From Actinomycetes bacterium (GTDB lineage Bacteria; Actinomycetota; Actinomycetes; DATJPE01), in NCBI GenBank assembly GCA_035506535.1, contig DATJPE010000063.1, positions 163,903 to 227,902 of the forward strand: 64,000 nucleotides of DNA, read 5' to 3'. Shown here in pieces: positions 9,839-19,296 of the stretch. Numbering within the stretch: the stretch's first letter is position 1; each line of letters opens with the position of its first letter. The notes below the pieces were generated by a model. It did no database searches and was not told the origin of the DNA. It worked only from the letters and a program-made list of their open reading frames with translations. The translations under genes were made by a program, and so were the position numbers.

Positions 9839-10461
9839 TGAGCTCGGCCATGCCGGGGATCGTCGCCCAGGTCGTCACCGAGTTGGCCGCGGGCGGGACC
9901 CGCCGGCGCTACCCCGAGGGCTCCTTGATCTTCGCCCAGGGTGACAGCAGCACCGACGCCCTGCTGGTCCGGTCGGGGTCGGTGCGGGTCGTCGTGGAGG
10001 AACGCCACCACGTCGTGGACCTGCACGAGGGCGACGTCCTCGGAGAGTTCGCCGCCATCGACGGCGGCCCCCGGTCGGCTTCCGCCTACGCCCTCACCGA
10101 CGTGGACCTGGTCGCGATCAGCGCACTCGACCTCGCGGCCGGGCTGGGCTCGCAGGGGGTGGACCTCCCGGAGCTGACCGCGCACACCGCCGAGCTGAGG
10201 CGACGGACCGACGCGAGGACGCTGGCCGCGGGAGGCGTACCCGTCTCCGGCGTCGCGCGCCGGCTGGCCGAACGGGCAGGCCACAGCGGCGAGCTCGAGC
10301 CGCTTGACCCGGGCGAGCTGGCCACGTCGCTCGGCTGCGGGCGCGAGGTGGTGTCGAGGGCCTTGGAGCACCTGGCGGACGGTGGCGCCATCGCGCTGGA
10401 TCGTGGCCGGATCGTCGTCCTGGACCTTCCCGCGCTGCGCGGCTACGGCGCCGGCGCCTGA
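9838..10461 (+). CDS. Crp/Fnr family transcriptional regulator (cNMP-binding domain plus HTH)
   Basis: Its ATG overlaps the decarboxylase stop (ATGA). The translation has a cNMP-binding beta-roll (VVDLHEGDVLGEFAAIDGGPRSASAYALTDVDLVAI) and a C-terminal HTH (LATSLGCGREVVSRALEHL). Confidence 0.75.
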   Translation: MSSAMPGIVAQVVTELAAGGTRRRYPEGSLIFAQGDSSTDALLVRSGSVRVVVEERHHVVDLHEGDVLGEFAAIDGGPRSASAYALTDVDLVAISALDLAAGLGSQGVDLPELTAHTAELRRRTDARTLAAGGVPVSGVARRLAERAGHSGELEPLDPGELATSLGCGREVVSRALEHLADGGAIALDRGRIVVLDLPALRGYGAGA

Positions 10462-11096
10462 CGGGCACGCAGCGCCAGCCAGGTGAAGGGCTGCAACGCG
10501 CCGTCCGGGGCACGGTGAGTCTCTCGCCGCTCGGCGAGCACGTCGAACGGGCCGCCCAGCGCTACGAGCAACGCCGGTGCGTCGTAGCGGGCGACCGGCC
10601 GGCCTGAACACTGCGTCGGCCCGTCCGCCGCGAAGGTGCCGATCACGACGACTCCGTCCGCAGCCAGGCCGCGGGAGAGAAGCTGCCGGTAACGGTGACG
10701 GTCCTGCTCCTCGACGAGGAAGTGGAAGACGGCGCGATCGTGCCAGAGGCCGTAGCGACGATCAGGCGTCCACGTCCTGAGGTCGGCGCGCAGCAGCTGG
10801 AGACCAGGGGGAACGGGAGCTGCGAGCCGGGCGCGCACGGAGTCGAGCGCCTCCTGCGACACGTCGAGAACGGTGACGTCGGACCAGCCGGCGCCGAGAA
10901 GACGGTCGACCAGCCGGCTGGCTCCTCCCCCGACGTCGATCGTCGGTGTCGACGGGTCCAGCCCCGTGAGCGAGATCAGGTCCACGGACATCCAGGGGTT
11001 GGCCTCGAACCAGCTGACCGACTCGACGCCGCCGTCCCGGTGACGCCCGTCCCAGTGCGCCGCGGAAGGGAAGTCCTCGTTGCTCATCGCGGTCAT
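10443..11096 (-). CDS. class I SAM-dependent methyltransferase
   Basis: Motif I IDVGGGASRLVDRLL is present, followed by a DVTVLDVS acidic loop. Its ATG overlaps the mgtA stop (ATGA). Confidence 0.7.
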   Translation of the reverse strand: MTAMSNEDFPSAAHWDGRHRDGGVESVSWFEANPWMSVDLISLTGLDPSTPTIDVGGGASRLVDRLLGAGWSDVTVLDVSQEALDSVRARLAAPVPPGLQLLRADLRTWTPDRRYGLWHDRAVFHFLVEEQDRHRYRQLLSRGLAADGVVVIGTFAADGPTQCSGRPVARYDAPALLVALGGPFDVLAERRETHRAPDGALQPFTWLALRARQAPAP

Positions 11097-13789
11097 CCTG
11101 CCGCGGTGCGCGTGCGCCCGTGAGGTCGTCGGGGGGGCCTGGGCTGCGCGGTGCTGAAGCGCGCCGCCCGGCGAGCGCGGTGCGGCAGCGGGCTGTACGG
11201 CCGCGGCAGGCGGGGCTCGGTCGGAACCCGGAAGAACAGCGTCTTGGCGACCTCGACAAGGACCAGATAGGCGATCACCAGGCCGACGAGCACGGCGAAG
11301 AAGCCCCCGGGCAGCGGCGCGAAGCCCAGCGTCGGTCCGAGCGGCGATGCGGGCAGCGCAGCGCCGACGAGAACCACGCTGATCGCGGCCAGTGTGAGGG
11401 GCAGGCTGGGACGGCTGCGGAAGAACGGGACACGCCTGGTGCGGATCGCAAAGATGATCAGCGTCTGGGTGGCGAGGGACTCCACGAACCAGCCGGAACG
11501 AAACTGCGCCGCACCGGAGTGGAAGACCCCCAGCATGATCGCGAACGTGATCAGGTCGAAGACGGAGCTCAGCGGTCCGAAGCAGATCATGAAACGGCGG
11601 ATGAACCCGATGTCCCAGTGCGAGGGCTTGCGCAGCTGCTCCTCGTCGACGTGGTCGGTCGGGATGGCGAGCTGGCTGGTGTCGTAGAGCAGGTTGTTGA
11701 GCAGGATCTGGGAGGGGAGCATCGGAAGGAAGGTCAGGAACAGTGACGCGGCCGCTGCAGAGAACATGTTCCCGAAGTTGCTCGACGTGCCCATCAGGAC
11801 GTACTTGATGGTGTTCGCGAACACTCTGCGCCCCTCGGCGACGCCATCGGCCAGGACGTCGAGGTCCTTCGCCAGCAAGATGACGTCGGCCGCGTCCTTG
11901 GCGACGTCCGTGGCGGAGTCGACCGAGATCCCGACGTCCGCCGCGTGCAGCGCGAGCGCGTCGTTGACGCCGTCGCCGAGGAACGCGACGCCGCCCCCCT
12001 TGAGGCGCTGGACGCGCACGATGCGGGCCTTGTGCTCGGGGTTGACCCGCGCGAACACCGTGGCGTCGGGGACGGCGGCGGCCAAAGCGGTGTCGTCGAG
12101 CGCGTCGATGTCCCGGCCGGTCAGCACCTTCCCGTCGGTGAGGCCCAGGTCATGGCACACCTTGGCCGCGACCTCGGGATTGTCTCCGGTCACCACCTTG
12201 ACGGTGATGCCCAGACCGGCCAGCCGATCCAGCGCCTGGGCCGCGTCGACCTTGGGCGGGTCGAGGAAGACGAGCAGGCCGAGGAGGGTGAGGTCGGACT
12301 CGTCGGACGCGGCCAGCGGACCCTCCCGGCCCATCGGCCGGGAGGCGACCGCCACCACCCGGTTGCCAGCGGCGAACTCCCGCGCCAGGACATCGTGCGC
12401 CTCAGGCGCGACGTCGCGGCAGCGGTCGATGACCGACTCGGGCGCACCCTTGGTCACGAGCACCAGACGCCCGTCGAGGCGAACCAGAACCGAGACCATG
12501 CGGCGCTCGTGGTCGAAGGGAAGGACCGCCAGCCGCTCGACACGGACGGCTCCCTCGCGCAAGGTCACTGCGGCTGGGGACTGCCACAGCGCCTGGTCGA
12601 GCGGGTTGCCGCCGACTGCGGCACCGGCGGTGAGGTTCTCGGTGCAGAGCAGCCCCCAGCGCAGCAAGGTATCGGCGTCCATCGAGTCTGTGGGGACGGC
12701 TCGCATGAACTCGATACGGCCCTCGGTCAGAGTGCCGGTCTTGTCGGTGAACAGGATGTCGATGTCGCCGAGGTCCTCGATGCAGACCAGGCGCTTGACG
12801 AGCACCTTGCGCTTGCTCATCTGACGCGACCCGGCCGCCAGGCTGGTGGAGACGACCGCGGGAAGCAGCTGCGGAGTGATCCCCACGGCGATGGCGAGGG
12901 AGAAGAGCAGGGCGTCGATGATCGGTTTCCCCAGGAGCACGTTGAACACGAAGATCGTGGTGGTCAGCACGCCGGCGACGTACACGAGCATCATCGAGAA
13001 GCGGCGCAGGCCGAGCTGGAACTCGGTGTCGAGAGGATGGGTGCTCAGGCCGGCAGCGATGACGCCGAACTCCGTCACCGCGCCCGTGGCCACCACGACC
13101 CCCCGGCCGCGGCCGGAGTGGACGACGGTTCCCATCAGGGCGCAGCAGCTGAGCTCCGCGAGACTGCTGCCCTCGGGGACGGGGAGCGTCGTCTTGTCGA
13201 CCGGCAGCGACTCCCCAGTCAGCACCGACTCCTCGCACTCGAGGTCCGAGACCTCGACCAGCCGTATGTCGGCCGGGACGATCTCGCCGAGGGTGAGCTC
13301 GACGAGGTCCCCGGGGACCAGCTCGGTGACGTCGACGGAGACTGCGCGGCCGCCGCGGGTCACCACGGCCTGATGGCGGATCTGGCTGTGCAGGGCCTCG
13401 GCCGCCTTCTCCGCGCGGTACTCGTTGACAAACCCCAGGCCGACGGACGCGGCGACGATGATCGCGATGATCTTCGCGTCCGTCCCCTCGCCGACGAGGG
13501 CCGACACGAGCGCGGCCGCCAACAGCAGGCCGAGCAGCGGGGACCTCAGCTGGCGCCACAGGACCGAGACCCAGTTGACCCGGTGTGAGGCCACGGCGTT
13601 GAGCCCGTAGCGACCCTGCCGACGCACGACCTCCTCGGCCTCGAGCCCCTCAGCGGGGACGTCGAGCTCGCGCAGCACTCGCTCGGGGTCCATCGCGGCC
13701 GCGGCCGTGATGGTCAGCCGCCCGCCCGCCGCTGACGCCTCGAGGCGTACCGTCGGTCCTCCAGACCCGACCACGCGGCGCGCCGCCAT
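11093..13789 (-). CDS. mgtA: magnesium-translocating P-type ATPase
   Basis: P-type ATPase hallmarks are present (TGES, DKTGTLT, GDGVNDALAL). The N-terminus (LNAVASHRVNWVSVLWRQLRSP) matches MgtA-type pumps. A GGGAGG RBS precedes the ATG at 13789. Confidence 0.9.
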   Translation of the reverse strand: MAARRVVGSGGPTVRLEASAAGGRLTITAAAAMDPERVLRELDVPAEGLEAEEVVRRQGRYGLNAVASHRVNWVSVLWRQLRSPLLGLLLAAALVSALVGEGTDAKIIAIIVAASVGLGFVNEYRAEKAAEALHSQIRHQAVVTRGGRAVSVDVTELVPGDLVELTLGEIVPADIRLVEVSDLECEESVLTGESLPVDKTTLPVPEGSSLAELSCCALMGTVVHSGRGRGVVVATGAVTEFGVIAAGLSTHPLDTEFQLGLRRFSMMLVYVAGVLTTTIFVFNVLLGKPIIDALLFSLAIAVGITPQLLPAVVSTSLAAGSRQMSKRKVLVKRLVCIEDLGDIDILFTDKTGTLTEGRIEFMRAVPTDSMDADTLLRWGLLCTENLTAGAAVGGNPLDQALWQSPAAVTLREGAVRVERLAVLPFDHERRMVSVLVRLDGRLVLVTKGAPESVIDRCRDVAPEAHDVLAREFAAGNRVVAVASRPMGREGPLAASDESDLTLLGLLVFLDPPKVDAAQALDRLAGLGITVKVVTGDNPEVAAKVCHDLGLTDGKVLTGRDIDALDDTALAAAVPDATVFARVNPEHKARIVRVQRLKGGGVAFLGDGVNDALALHAADVGISVDSATDVAKDAADVILLAKDLDVLADGVAEGRRVFANTIKYVLMGTSSNFGNMFSAAAASLFLTFLPMLPSQILLNNLLYDTSQLAIPTDHVDEEQLRKPSHWDIGFIRRFMICFGPLSSVFDLITFAIMLGVFHSGAAQFRSGWFVESLATQTLIIFAIRTRRVPFFRSRPSLPLTLAAISVVLVGAALPASPLGPTLGFAPLPGGFFAVLVGLVIAYLVLVEVAKTLFFRVPTEPRLPRPYSPLPHRARRAARFSTAQPRPPRRPHGRTRTAAG

Positions 13790-13862
13790 GGGACACCTCC
13801 CGCCAGTGCGGCATCGCCTCGCCGGCGAGCCCCACTCCCGCCACGGTAGAGCCAGAGGGGGT

Positions 13863-14153
13863 TCAGGCCTGCGGGGGCTCCCAGGTCACGCTCAGCTCGT
13901 TGCGTCGGCCGAAACGTTCGAGGTGGCGGCCGGCGACGTCGCACACCACGGCCAGGTCGTCCTCGGTGGGGGCGTCCGCGGTCAGCACCAGCTCTCCGGG
14001 CTGGGACTCGAGGACGACCACCCCCTTGGTGAGCGTGATGCGTCCGCGTCCGTCGGCATAGCTCGCCTCGGACCGGTGACCGAGGTGATCGCAGAGCTGC
14101 TTGGCGTATCGCTCGGGAGTCTCGGTGGCCACACGTGCGGTGGCGGTGGGCAT
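13863..14153 (-). CDS. DUF2218 domain protein
   Basis: 96 aa; the translation is MPTATARVATETPERYAKQLCDHLGHR...TLTKGVVVLESQPGELVL, which I recognise as DUF2218. Confidence 0.55.
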   Translation of the reverse strand: MPTATARVATETPERYAKQLCDHLGHRSEASYADGRGRITLTKGVVVLESQPGELVLTADAPTEDDLAVVCDVAGRHLERFGRRNELSVTWEPPQA

Positions 14154-14176
14154 GGGGCGCGCCTCCTCGGTGCTGC

Positions 14177-15262
14177 TCAGATCTCGTTGCCCCAGTAGTA
14201 GCGGGCCAGGGTCTCCACGAGCCGCAGCTTCGCCTTCTGCTGCTCCGCGCTGAGTCTTCCATCGGATGCCGCCTGCGCGAACCCGGCATTGGTCGAGATG
14301 GCGACGTCGTCGGTGCCGCGCACCTCGACCGCCGCGTCACACAGCGGGAGAAGCTCCTCCACCGACTCCTCGGCCGGGTCGGTCACATCGACGACGCCGA
14401 GGCTCACGACGAGGCCCGGCTTCACCTCGTGCAGGGGCAGGCGCGCCTGCGGGTCGCGGGGGAAGTCGACGCAGATCCGTCGGAACCGGGTCCCGTCGAG
14501 CAGCCGGTGCAGTGACGCGAGATCCCACCCCTTGTCCGTCGTCGGCAGGGGTCCGCTGTCGGTGAGGTCCAGCCCGAGCCGGAAGTCATCCGGTACGTCG
14601 AGCCCGTCGAAGACGGCGTCGTCGACCCTCGCCATCAATTCGAGCGCAGCATCGACGTCGAGGCCCGCGGCGCGCAGCTGGTGACGTCCGGCCACCGTCA
14701 GCAGGGGTGCGTAGAGCGGGTTGGCCAGCGGGACGTACACGACGCCCTGCGCGGCGAGCGCCGCCGCCTCCTGGCGGATGATCCCGGCGAGGGCCGGGCC
14801 GACCTGCTCCGCCGCAGCCAGCGACGAGCTGTCGGCCGTGCCGCCGGCGACGGCGAGGTATCCCGGCGAGGGCAGCGTGACGAACACCGGGCGCTGGGTG
14901 GTCGCCAGGACCAGCGACGCCTCGTGCTCGGCGAGTCGTCCCTTCGCGACAGGGGTCCCGGCGACGGACCGGCGCCGGCCCGACGGGATGCCCGCGAGCT
15001 GGGCCAACGGGTTCTCCGCCTCCGGGGTGCCGAACCCGTCGACCCCGTCGTGCACCACCGACTCGACGTACGCCCGACGGAGCTGCCCGTCGCCCACGGC
15101 GGAGAGTCCGAGCCGGCGCTGCACGTGGACGATCGCGGTCACCGCGTCGCGCTCGGCCTCGGCGAGGGCGCGCGGGTCGGCCCCGGCCCGGGCCGCCAGC
15201 AGCTCCGCCGGGCGCACGAGGCTCCCGTGGTGGTCGATGTGGTAACCGAAGTCGTCGGCCAT
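14177..15262 (-). CDS. cobalamin-independent methionine synthase (MetE) C-terminal-domain-like protein
   Basis: ATG at 15262 (MADDFGYHIDHHGSLVRPAELL). This is the MetE-like UROD/MetE TIM-barrel family. The ORF's 65-aa N-terminal extension is Ser/Pro/Arg-rich junk. Confidence 0.7.
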   Translation of the reverse strand: MADDFGYHIDHHGSLVRPAELLAARAGADPRALAEAERDAVTAIVHVQRRLGLSAVGDGQLRRAYVESVVHDGVDGFGTPEAENPLAQLAGIPSGRRRSVAGTPVAKGRLAEHEASLVLATTQRPVFVTLPSPGYLAVAGGTADSSSLAAAEQVGPALAGIIRQEAAALAAQGVVYVPLANPLYAPLLTVAGRHQLRAAGLDVDAALELMARVDDAVFDGLDVPDDFRLGLDLTDSGPLPTTDKGWDLASLHRLLDGTRFRRICVDFPRDPQARLPLHEVKPGLVVSLGVVDVTDPAEESVEELLPLCDAAVEVRGTDDVAISTNAGFAQAASDGRLSAEQQKAKLRLVETLARYYWGNEI

Positions 15263-15338
15263 GGTGGGCTCCGGGTGTCGAGGCGCTGGTTGTGGGCGTG
15301 GGGACTGCGAACCGGCCGCTGATTGCGCGGACGAGTGG

Positions 15339-15785
15339 CTAGTGGCGCGGGGGTCCGCCCCACTCGGGGAACTCCGTGGCGAAGCCGGCCGCGCGGACGA
15401 CGTCCTCGCAGATCTGCTGGTCCTCGGCGGGGCTGCCCCCGGACACCCCGATGCCACCCAGGAAGACCCCGTCGCGTTTCAGGGTGTAGCCGCCGGGCGT
15501 CGCCACGACCGGCTGGTGTCCCATCCGCGCGACCTGGCTGAAGAACACGGGATCGGACTCCGACCAGCCACGAAGCATCGCGCTGGGCCGCTGCATCACC
15601 GCAGCGGTGTAGGCCTTCGCGAGCGCGATGCTCGGGGTCAGCGGCCGAGCGCCGTCCATCCGGTCGAGCGTGACCAGGTAGCCGCCCGCATCGACGACGG
15701 CCACGGAGATCACCTTGCCGATCGCCGCGGCGGCGGCGTTGGCGGCGTCAACCAGCCCACGGGCCTCGGCCAGCTCGACCCTCAC
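15339..15785 (-). CDS. GlcG/HbpS-like heme-binding (DUF336) protein
   Basis: The translation (RVELAEARGLVDAANAAAAAIGKVISVAVVDAGGYLV...GGIGVSGG) is the DUF336/GlcG family. The GTG start overlaps the upstream stop (GTGA). Confidence 0.7.
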   Translation of the reverse strand: MRVELAEARGLVDAANAAAAAIGKVISVAVVDAGGYLVTLDRMDGARPLTPSIALAKAYTAAVMQRPSAMLRGWSESDPVFFSQVARMGHQPVVATPGGYTLKRDGVFLGGIGVSGGSPAEDQQICEDVVRAAGFATEFPEWGGPPRH

Positions 15786-16582
15786 GCCGTCACCTCGGCG
15801 TAGACGCTCCCCAGGAACCGCACCAGCGCCGCGTTGAACAGGTCCGGTCGCTCGAAGTACATGGAGTGCGGGCCCTCCGGCACGACGTCGACCGCCACCC
15901 CGGGCAGCAGCTCGCCGGCCTTGCGTACCGTCGTCGCGCTGAGCACGGCGTCGAGCTCGCCCGCGAGCAGCAGGATCGGGAACCCGGCCGCGGCCAGGTC
16001 GTCGGGCCGGGGTCCGTCACTGGTCAGGTTCGTCAGGTCGGCCATCTTCGCGGTGTTGAACGTGCCCATCTGCTGGAACAGGAACGCCTTGTCCGGCCGC
16101 TCCCGCTGGAAGGCGGGGCTGAGCAAGCGGTCGAGCACCGGCATCGTCTCCGCGGCCGCGCGGTCGGCCTTGACCAGGGCAGCGAGCTCCGGGTGGTCGA
16201 CGCCACCGAGGGAGTGGGCGAGGACCACGCCCGCCACGCGGGCCGGCGTACGCAACGCCGCCTTCAGCGCCGCCGCGGCACCGATCGACTGCCCGACGAG
16301 CACCGCCCGGGTCACCCCCTGGGCGGCCACCTCGTCGAGAACCGCGGTGATGTCGTCGACGAAGAGGCGGGCATCGAGCGGACCTCCGGTCGTCGAGGAG
16401 GATGACCGCCCGAAGCCCCGCAGGTCGACGGTCACGGTGGTGTACGTCTGGCGCAGCGCCGACACCTGCTGCCACCACGCCATGTGGTGACCGCCGGAGC
16501 CGTGCACGAACAGCACGGCGGGGCCACTGCCGTGGACCTCGTAGTAGACGCGCGCTCCGTCGCGCGCCTCGACGAATGGCAC
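15782..16582 (-). CDS. alpha/beta hydrolase (meta-cleavage product hydrolase-like)
   Basis: HGSGGHH oxyanion region and a GQSIGAA nucleophile elbow; 266 aa. Confidence 0.7.
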   Translation of the reverse strand: MPFVEARDGARVYYEVHGSGPAVLFVHGSGGHHMAWWQQVSALRQTYTTVTVDLRGFGRSSSSTTGGPLDARLFVDDITAVLDEVAAQGVTRAVLVGQSIGAAAALKAALRTPARVAGVVLAHSLGGVDHPELAALVKADRAAAETMPVLDRLLSPAFQRERPDKAFLFQQMGTFNTAKMADLTNLTSDGPRPDDLAAAGFPILLLAGELDAVLSATTVRKAGELLPGVAVDVVPEGPHSMYFERPDLFNAALVRFLGSVYAEVTA

Positions 16583-16583
16583 G

Positions 16584-17039
16584 TCAGACCCCCGTGGCCG
16601 CGGGCTCGGAGGGCTCGTACCCGACGGGTGTCCCGGCGGCCGCCCACGCAGGAGGCCAGGTCACCGGGGTGTACTCCCGCCGGTTGTGATAAACGAGCTC
16701 GATCATCGTGTGGTCGGGGTCGTGGATGTAGCAGAACTTGGAGTGGTTCTCCGGACGTTCGATCGGTCGGGTGTGCCGGATCCCGAGCTCGGCGAGATGA
16801 GCGAGGAACCCGTCCCAGTCCTCCACCTCGATGGCGAAGTGGTACGGCGCCATGCGGTCCATCTCGTCGACGGGGGTGAAGTGGAGGTCGAAGTTCCCCC
16901 GGGTCATCAGGACGACCTTGGTGTTGCTCTTCGGGGTGACCGACTTCATCCCGAAGACCTTCGAGTACCACTCCTTGGTCCGCTCGGGGTCCGTGGTCGG
17001 GAAGTTGACGTGGTGGATGTACGCCGGCCGGTTGCTCAC
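16584..17039 (-). CDS. VOC family protein (glyoxalase/bleomycin-resistance/extradiol dioxygenase fold)
   Basis: The GTG at 17039 overlaps the FAH-gene stop (GTGA). The translation AYIHHVNFPTTDPERTKEWYSKVFGM...YHFAIEV is typical of single-domain VOC proteins. Confidence 0.6.
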   Translation of the reverse strand: MSNRPAYIHHVNFPTTDPERTKEWYSKVFGMKSVTPKSNTKVVLMTRGNFDLHFTPVDEMDRMAPYHFAIEVEDWDGFLAHLAELGIRHTRPIERPENHSKFCYIHDPDHTMIELVYHNRREYTPVTWPPAWAAAGTPVGYEPSEPAATGV

Positions 17040-17821
17040 GTCTGGTCCTCCTCGACGACGGGGTTGCTGAGCGTGCCTAGGCCCGAGATCGACACCTCGA
17101 CGGTGTCCCCGGGGACGAACGGTGGCGTCTCGTCGGTCCCCATCCACAAGACGTCGCCCGGGGACAGGGTGATGTAGCGGGAGACCTCGCTGATGTACTG
17201 GAACGGATCGAAGATCATGTCGCCGGTGGCGAAGCTGGCCCTCTCCTCGCCGTTGACCCGGACCGTGGTGGTGGACGCCATCGGGTCCACGTCCGTGACG
17301 AGGAAGGGCCCCATCGGCTTGAAGGAGTCGCAGTTCTTCGCCCGCCACAAGGTGCGGTCGCTGCGCTGCCACCACCGCGCGCTCACGTCGTTGCCGATCG
17401 TCCAGCCGACGACCCCGGCGCGTGCGTCGTCGACACTGCAGTGCCGCAACGGGCGCCCCACCACAGCCACGAGCTCGCCCTCCGCCTCGAGCGGGTACGG
17501 GTAGTCCGCCGGTCGCACGATGGGGCTGCCCGAGGCGACGAGGGCGCTGTTGGCGCGGTAGCCGACCTCCGGGCGCTCCGGTGCGACCACGCTGGTATGG
17601 CCGTGCTCCAGCGCCCGCTCGACGTGCGCACGGTAGTTCAGGCCGGCGCAGAAGAAGGTGCGTGGTTCGACCGGCGGGAGCAGCTCCACGTCCGAGAGCG
17701 GCAGCGGGTCGCCGCTCTCGTAGTGGGAAGAGAACGGCGACCCCACGACAGGCTGGGCCTTCTCCCCGTCGACGATCGCGAACCGCGGACCCTCGACGTC
17801 GCGGTAACGGCACCAGATCAC
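17036..17821 (-). CDS. FAH-family hydratase/decarboxylase (2-oxopent-4-enoate hydratase / 4-oxalocrotonate decarboxylase / OHED hydratase-like)
   Basis: 261 aa FAH-fold protein (GDPLPLSDVELLPPVEPRTFFCAGLNYRAHV...). Its GTG start overlaps the ALDH stop (GTGA). Confidence 0.75.
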   Translation of the reverse strand: MIWCRYRDVEGPRFAIVDGEKAQPVVGSPFSSHYESGDPLPLSDVELLPPVEPRTFFCAGLNYRAHVERALEHGHTSVVAPERPEVGYRANSALVASGSPIVRPADYPYPLEAEGELVAVVGRPLRHCSVDDARAGVVGWTIGNDVSARWWQRSDRTLWRAKNCDSFKPMGPFLVTDVDPMASTTTVRVNGEERASFATGDMIFDPFQYISEVSRYITLSPGDVLWMGTDETPPFVPGDTVEVSISGLGTLSNPVVEEDQT

Positions 17822-19296
17822 GGCGCCAGCTTGTGCGAGACGCGCTTGGTGACGAGGTAGCCCGACAGTCCCTCGGGACCACCCTCGCGGCCGTACCCGC
17901 TCTCCTTGACGCCTCCCGAGGGAGCCTGCGGCACCGACCCTCCGCAGTGGTTGATGGAGAGGATGCCGGCATCGAGGCCGCGTACCAGCCGCTCGGCGGT
18001 GGCCGCCGAGTCGGTGAAGCCGTACGCGGCCAGGCCATACGGCAGCCCGTTCGCCTCGTCGAGCACCTGGTCGAGGTCGTCGAAGGTGAGCAGCGGGGCG
18101 ATCGGGCCGAACGGCTCCTCATGGAGCATCTCCGCCTCGGGCGGCACGTCGACCAGCGTGGTGACCGGATAGAAGAACCCGTCGCCCTCGAGGCGGCGGC
18201 CGCCGGTCAGCACCCGGGCGCCGCGGCTCACGGCGTCGGTGACGAGGCGGTCCACCGCATCGCGCCGGCGGGCGCTCGCGAGCGGCCCCATCTGAACGCC
18301 CGGCGCCAGCCCCGGCCCGACCACCACCTGCTCGGCCGCGGCCACGAACGCCTCGGTGAACGGCTGCGCCACGTCGCGGTGGACGTAGAAACGGCTCGGC
18401 GAGGTGCACACCTGCCCGGCGTTGACGACCTTCGCGCGCACGCACGCGCGCGCCGCGGCGACCGGGTCGGTGTCGGCGCACACGATGACGGGGGCGTGCC
18501 CACCGAGCTCCATGACCGCAGGCTTCATGCGTTCCGCCGCGAGCCCAGCGATGTGCTTGCCCACCGGCACGGACCCGGTGAACGCGACGAAGCGGATCCT
18601 GGGGTCGGCGATCAGCGCCCGGGACACCTCGTCCGGGACACCGAAGAGGACGTTCAGCACACCCGCGGGCAGCCCGGCGTCGTGGAAGGCCGAGGCCAGC
18701 GCGCACGCGGTGCCCGGGACCTCCTCCGAGGGCTTGATGACGATCGTGCAACCGGCGGAGAGCGCGGCGGCGATCTTGCGCATCGGGCCGCCCGCCGGGA
18801 AGTTCCAGGGGACCAGCGCGGCGACCGGCCCCACCGGGAATCGACGTACCGTCAGCACCTCGCCGGGGCCGCTCGGGATGATCCGGCCGTACGCGCGACG
18901 CCCTTCCTCGACGTCCCACTCGAGCAGCGTCGCTGCGCGGTGCACCTCCGCGGTCGCCTCCGGCAGCGGCTTGCCCTGCTCGAGGCTCATCACGGAGCCG
19001 ATGGCCTCGGCCCGGGAATGCAGGAGGCCGGCCGCCCGGCGCAGGGTGGCGGAGCGTTCCTCGACCGAGGTCTGGGCCCATGTCGTGAACGCCCGGTGCG
19101 CGGCGGCGACGGCCCGCTCGACGTCCCGTGCCTCCGCCACGGGCACCTTGCCGATGACCCGTTCGCTCGCGGGGTCCACGACGTCGAACGTGCGCCCGGG
19201 GGCGCCGTCGCACCAGGCGCCGTCGACGTACAGGCCCAAGGGGTGATAGCCGACCACGGGCTCGGCCGCGGCCGGTGTCGTGCTGGGTGCGCTCAC
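17818..19296 (-). CDS. NAD(P)+-dependent aldehyde dehydrogenase (2-hydroxymuconic-semialdehyde dehydrogenase-like)
   Basis: GTG at 19296 is preceded by GGAGG. ALDH motifs are present (ELGGHAP, VTLELGGKSP-like region, catalytic Cys in NAGQVCTSPSR). Confidence 0.85.
   Translation of the reverse strand: MSAPSTTPAAAEPVVGYHPLGLYVDGAWCDGAPGRTFDVVDPASERVIGKVPVAEARDVERAVAAAHRAFTTWAQTSVEERSATLRRAAGLLHSRAEAIGSVMSLEQGKPLPEATAEVHRAATLLEWDVEEGRRAYGRIIPSGPGEVLTVRRFPVGPVAALVPWNFPAGGPMRKIAAALSAGCTIVIKPSEEVPGTACALASAFHDAGLPAGVLNVLFGVPDEVSRALIADPRIRFVAFTGSVPVGKHIAGLAAERMKPAVMELGGHAPVIVCADTDPVAAARACVRAKVVNAGQVCTSPSRFYVHRDVAQPFTEAFVAAAEQVVVGPGLAPGVQMGPLASARRRDAVDRLVTDAVSRGARVLTGGRRLEGDGFFYPVTTLVDVPPEAEMLHEEPFGPIAPLLTFDDLDQVLDEANGLPYGLAAYGFTDSAATAERLVRGLDAGILSINHCGGSVPQAPSGGVKESGYGREGGPEGLSGYLVTKRVSHKLAP

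Noticed and set aside
16584-18122. 512-aa ORF in the VOC frame
   Set aside because: Only the C-terminal 151 aa (GTG at 17039) have a VOC-like sequence. Upstream the frame is an out-of-frame read-through across the FAH gene.
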